DNA of 29,354 nt from assembly GCA_043745805.1 (NCBI GenBank), contig JAYTSD010000049.1, positions 1-29,354 on the forward strand, in the 5' to 3' direction. Shown here piece after piece: positions 27,869 to 29,354 of the stretch. Under the pieces are notes generated by a model that did no database searches, was not told the origin of the DNA, and was given only the letters and a program-made list of their open reading frames with translations. Position numbers and translations under genes: made by a program. Positions within the stretch are counted from its first letter, which is position 1, and every line of letters starts with the position of its first letter. The DNA comes from Fibrobacteria bacterium (GTDB lineage Bacteria; Fibrobacterota; Fibrobacteria; UBA11236).

Positions 27869-29354
27869 TTAAGGTAAGCTATTATTATTCCCGAAAATTA
27901 GTGTTGAGCCTATATCGATTTTAATGGCTGATTTACCGCCTTCGATAGCGGAGAAATCAATGTCGAGGGAGGAGGAATCTCTCACTCCGATTTGGCTACT
28001 ACTAGTTGATCCAGGCTGATCTGGTCGAAAAGTGTTGGCTTTAAAGGTTGAGTTTCTAACAACAACACTTGCGCCGCTCATAATCTCAAGTGCGGTAACA
28101 ACTAATTTACCATTAATAACTTGCAAATTATCAATATTAACTTGACCTCCAAAAATGAATACAGATGATCCGTCACTTAAACCATTCACTATATTATTTC
28201 GAAGAGTTACCTCAGAATGATCGAGAAGAAATGCATTGTTACCCTTAGCGCTAGAGTTTTTAAAATTGCAATTTGAAATAGAAATATTTTTGCTATGATC
28301 AATAAAGATCGCATTAGCAATATAATTATCGAAGTATAATCCATTCATAATTATATCGATTACAGGTTTCCAATCCCCATACGTATTAGTGAGGTAGTCA
28401 CTACCGCCATCACCTTCAAGAACTACTTTATTTGTTAAAAAGTTTCTCTCCGTAAGGTTTCTAGGATCTCCATTGTTACTGAATCCACCATAAATTTCTA
28501 ATCCTGAAAGTAATGGAAAAAATTTATATGTTGAGTTGCTCCTCGTTGCCTTTGGAATATAGCTCCCCTGTGCAACCCATAACTGAGTACCTTTCAAATA
28601 AGTTTTTGTAGTATCCAAAACATCGGACAATTCCCCAAAGGCATTTTCCCAGCTAGTCCCATCACCACTCGCTCCCTTACGTACAAAAATCACATTTGAA
28701 CGCCTGTAAATCGAAATTGAATCCATACCCACATTTCCGGCTCCATCCGTTCTCGAAATTTTAAAAACATTCGCACCTTCCGAAATCAAGCTGTCTATAA
28801 TAGGAATTTGCCCATTGCCATCCCAACTCCAATTTAAAGTAACCTGTTTGTTACTAGTTACAAATCCATTTACGGGATCGGTTATTTTTATTTTTGGAGG
28901 AGTTCTATCCACAGTGACAGGAGAAGAAACCTCACTGCTAACATTTCCCGCACTGTCTATAGTCTTCACATAAAGCGTCCATACCCCATCGGCTAAATTC
29001 ACGGTTCCAGGTGGAGTGTACCCTACACTATTTAAGGTTTGTTGATCCCTTGGTGTGCTACCTTGTAATAGTCTTATAGAGTACTTCGCTTTAGTTTCCA
29101 CCGCAGGCCAAGTCCAAGCTGGGTTTTGAGTGGGAGTTGCAGCTGATAAACTAGCAGTCGCAGGTGATTGCGAGTCTAAGGTGATATACAACGAGTCCCC
29201 ACCGATTTTACCTGCATTATTAGCCTTAATCACAATCTTGGTGCGTCCTTCGGCCAAGGTATAAGGTTTAGTTTTCTTTACTCCATTGGAATCGTATTCC
29301 ACAATGAAAGAGGCATTATTCACTAAAGTATCTTGTGCAGGATGAGTGATTTTA
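27869..29354 (-). CDS. Large extracellular protein, 5'-truncated: bacterial Ig-like repeats plus a pectin-lyase-like beta-helix domain
   Basis: The frame is open to the window end. Ig-like LADGVWTLYVKTIDSAGNVS...VTVDRTPP and TDGAGNVG; VIFV..GASGDGTSWENAF...LWVAQGSY.P...IYGGF followed by I/N-rich beta-helix repeats. Confidence 0.75.
   Translation of the reverse strand, partial: KITHPAQDTLVNNASFIVEYDSNGVKKTKPYTLAEGRTKIVIKANNAGKIGGDSLYITLDSQSPATASLSAATPTQNPAWTWPAVETKAKYSIRLLQGSTPRDQQTLNSVGYTPPGTVNLADGVWTLYVKTIDSAGNVSSEVSSPVTVDRTPPKIKITDPVNGFVTSNKQVTLNWSWDGNGQIPIIDSLISEGANVFKISRTDGAGNVGMDSISIYRRSNVIFVRKGASGDGTSWENAFGELSDVLDTTKTYLKGTQLWVAQGSYIPKATRSNSTYKFFPLLSGLEIYGGFSNNGDPRNLTERNFLTNKVVLEGDGGSDYLTNTYGDWKPVIDIIMNGLYFDNYIANAIFIDHSKNISISNCNFKNSSAKGNNAFLLDHSEVTLRNNIVNGLSDGSSVFIFGGQVNIDNLQVINGKLVVTALEIMSGASVVVRNSTFKANTFRPDQPGSTSSSQIGVRDSSSLDIDFSAIEGGKSAIKIDIGSTLIFGNNNSLP

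Noticed and set aside
1..29354. CRISPR arrays, tRNA/rRNA genes, transposases or integrases
   Set aside because: No spaced direct repeats, RNA gene signatures or recombinase motifs were seen by eye; intergenic spaces are mostly short.

Overview
AT-rich bacterial chromosomal window. A T9SS-type C-terminal sorting tail, a PEP-CTERM gene, kdsB and recurring TAnnTTT(G/A) promoter-like motifs point to a diderm, possibly FCB-group (Fibrobacterota-like) organism; this is tentative. The left ~19 kb is mostly housekeeping: SRPBCC, a nitrilase-family amidase, a stop/start-overlapped operon (membrane FAD/4Fe-4S oxidoreductase, thyA, an unusual folA), a fatty acid hydroxylase, a beta-barrel protein, and a minus-strand run of pcrA/uvrD, gatC, kdsB, pyrG, REC/degenerate HD-GYP, comEA, pilM, pilN(O), rsmD, coaD and rhomboid. 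The right ~10 kb is accessory: vapBC, a secreted VIT-like protein, a sigma54-driven PEP-CTERM gene, a partial Ig-like/beta-helix surface protein and a candidate toxin-immunity operon. That operon is the most striking element. It encodes a 971-aa protein (OmpA_C with nested PG-binding domain, HExxH metallopeptidase, fungal-type HET-C domain) followed by two paralogous membrane-anchored candidate immunity genes. All calls come from motif recognition by eye; no database searches were run. No rRNA, tRNA, CRISPR or IS element was recognised.
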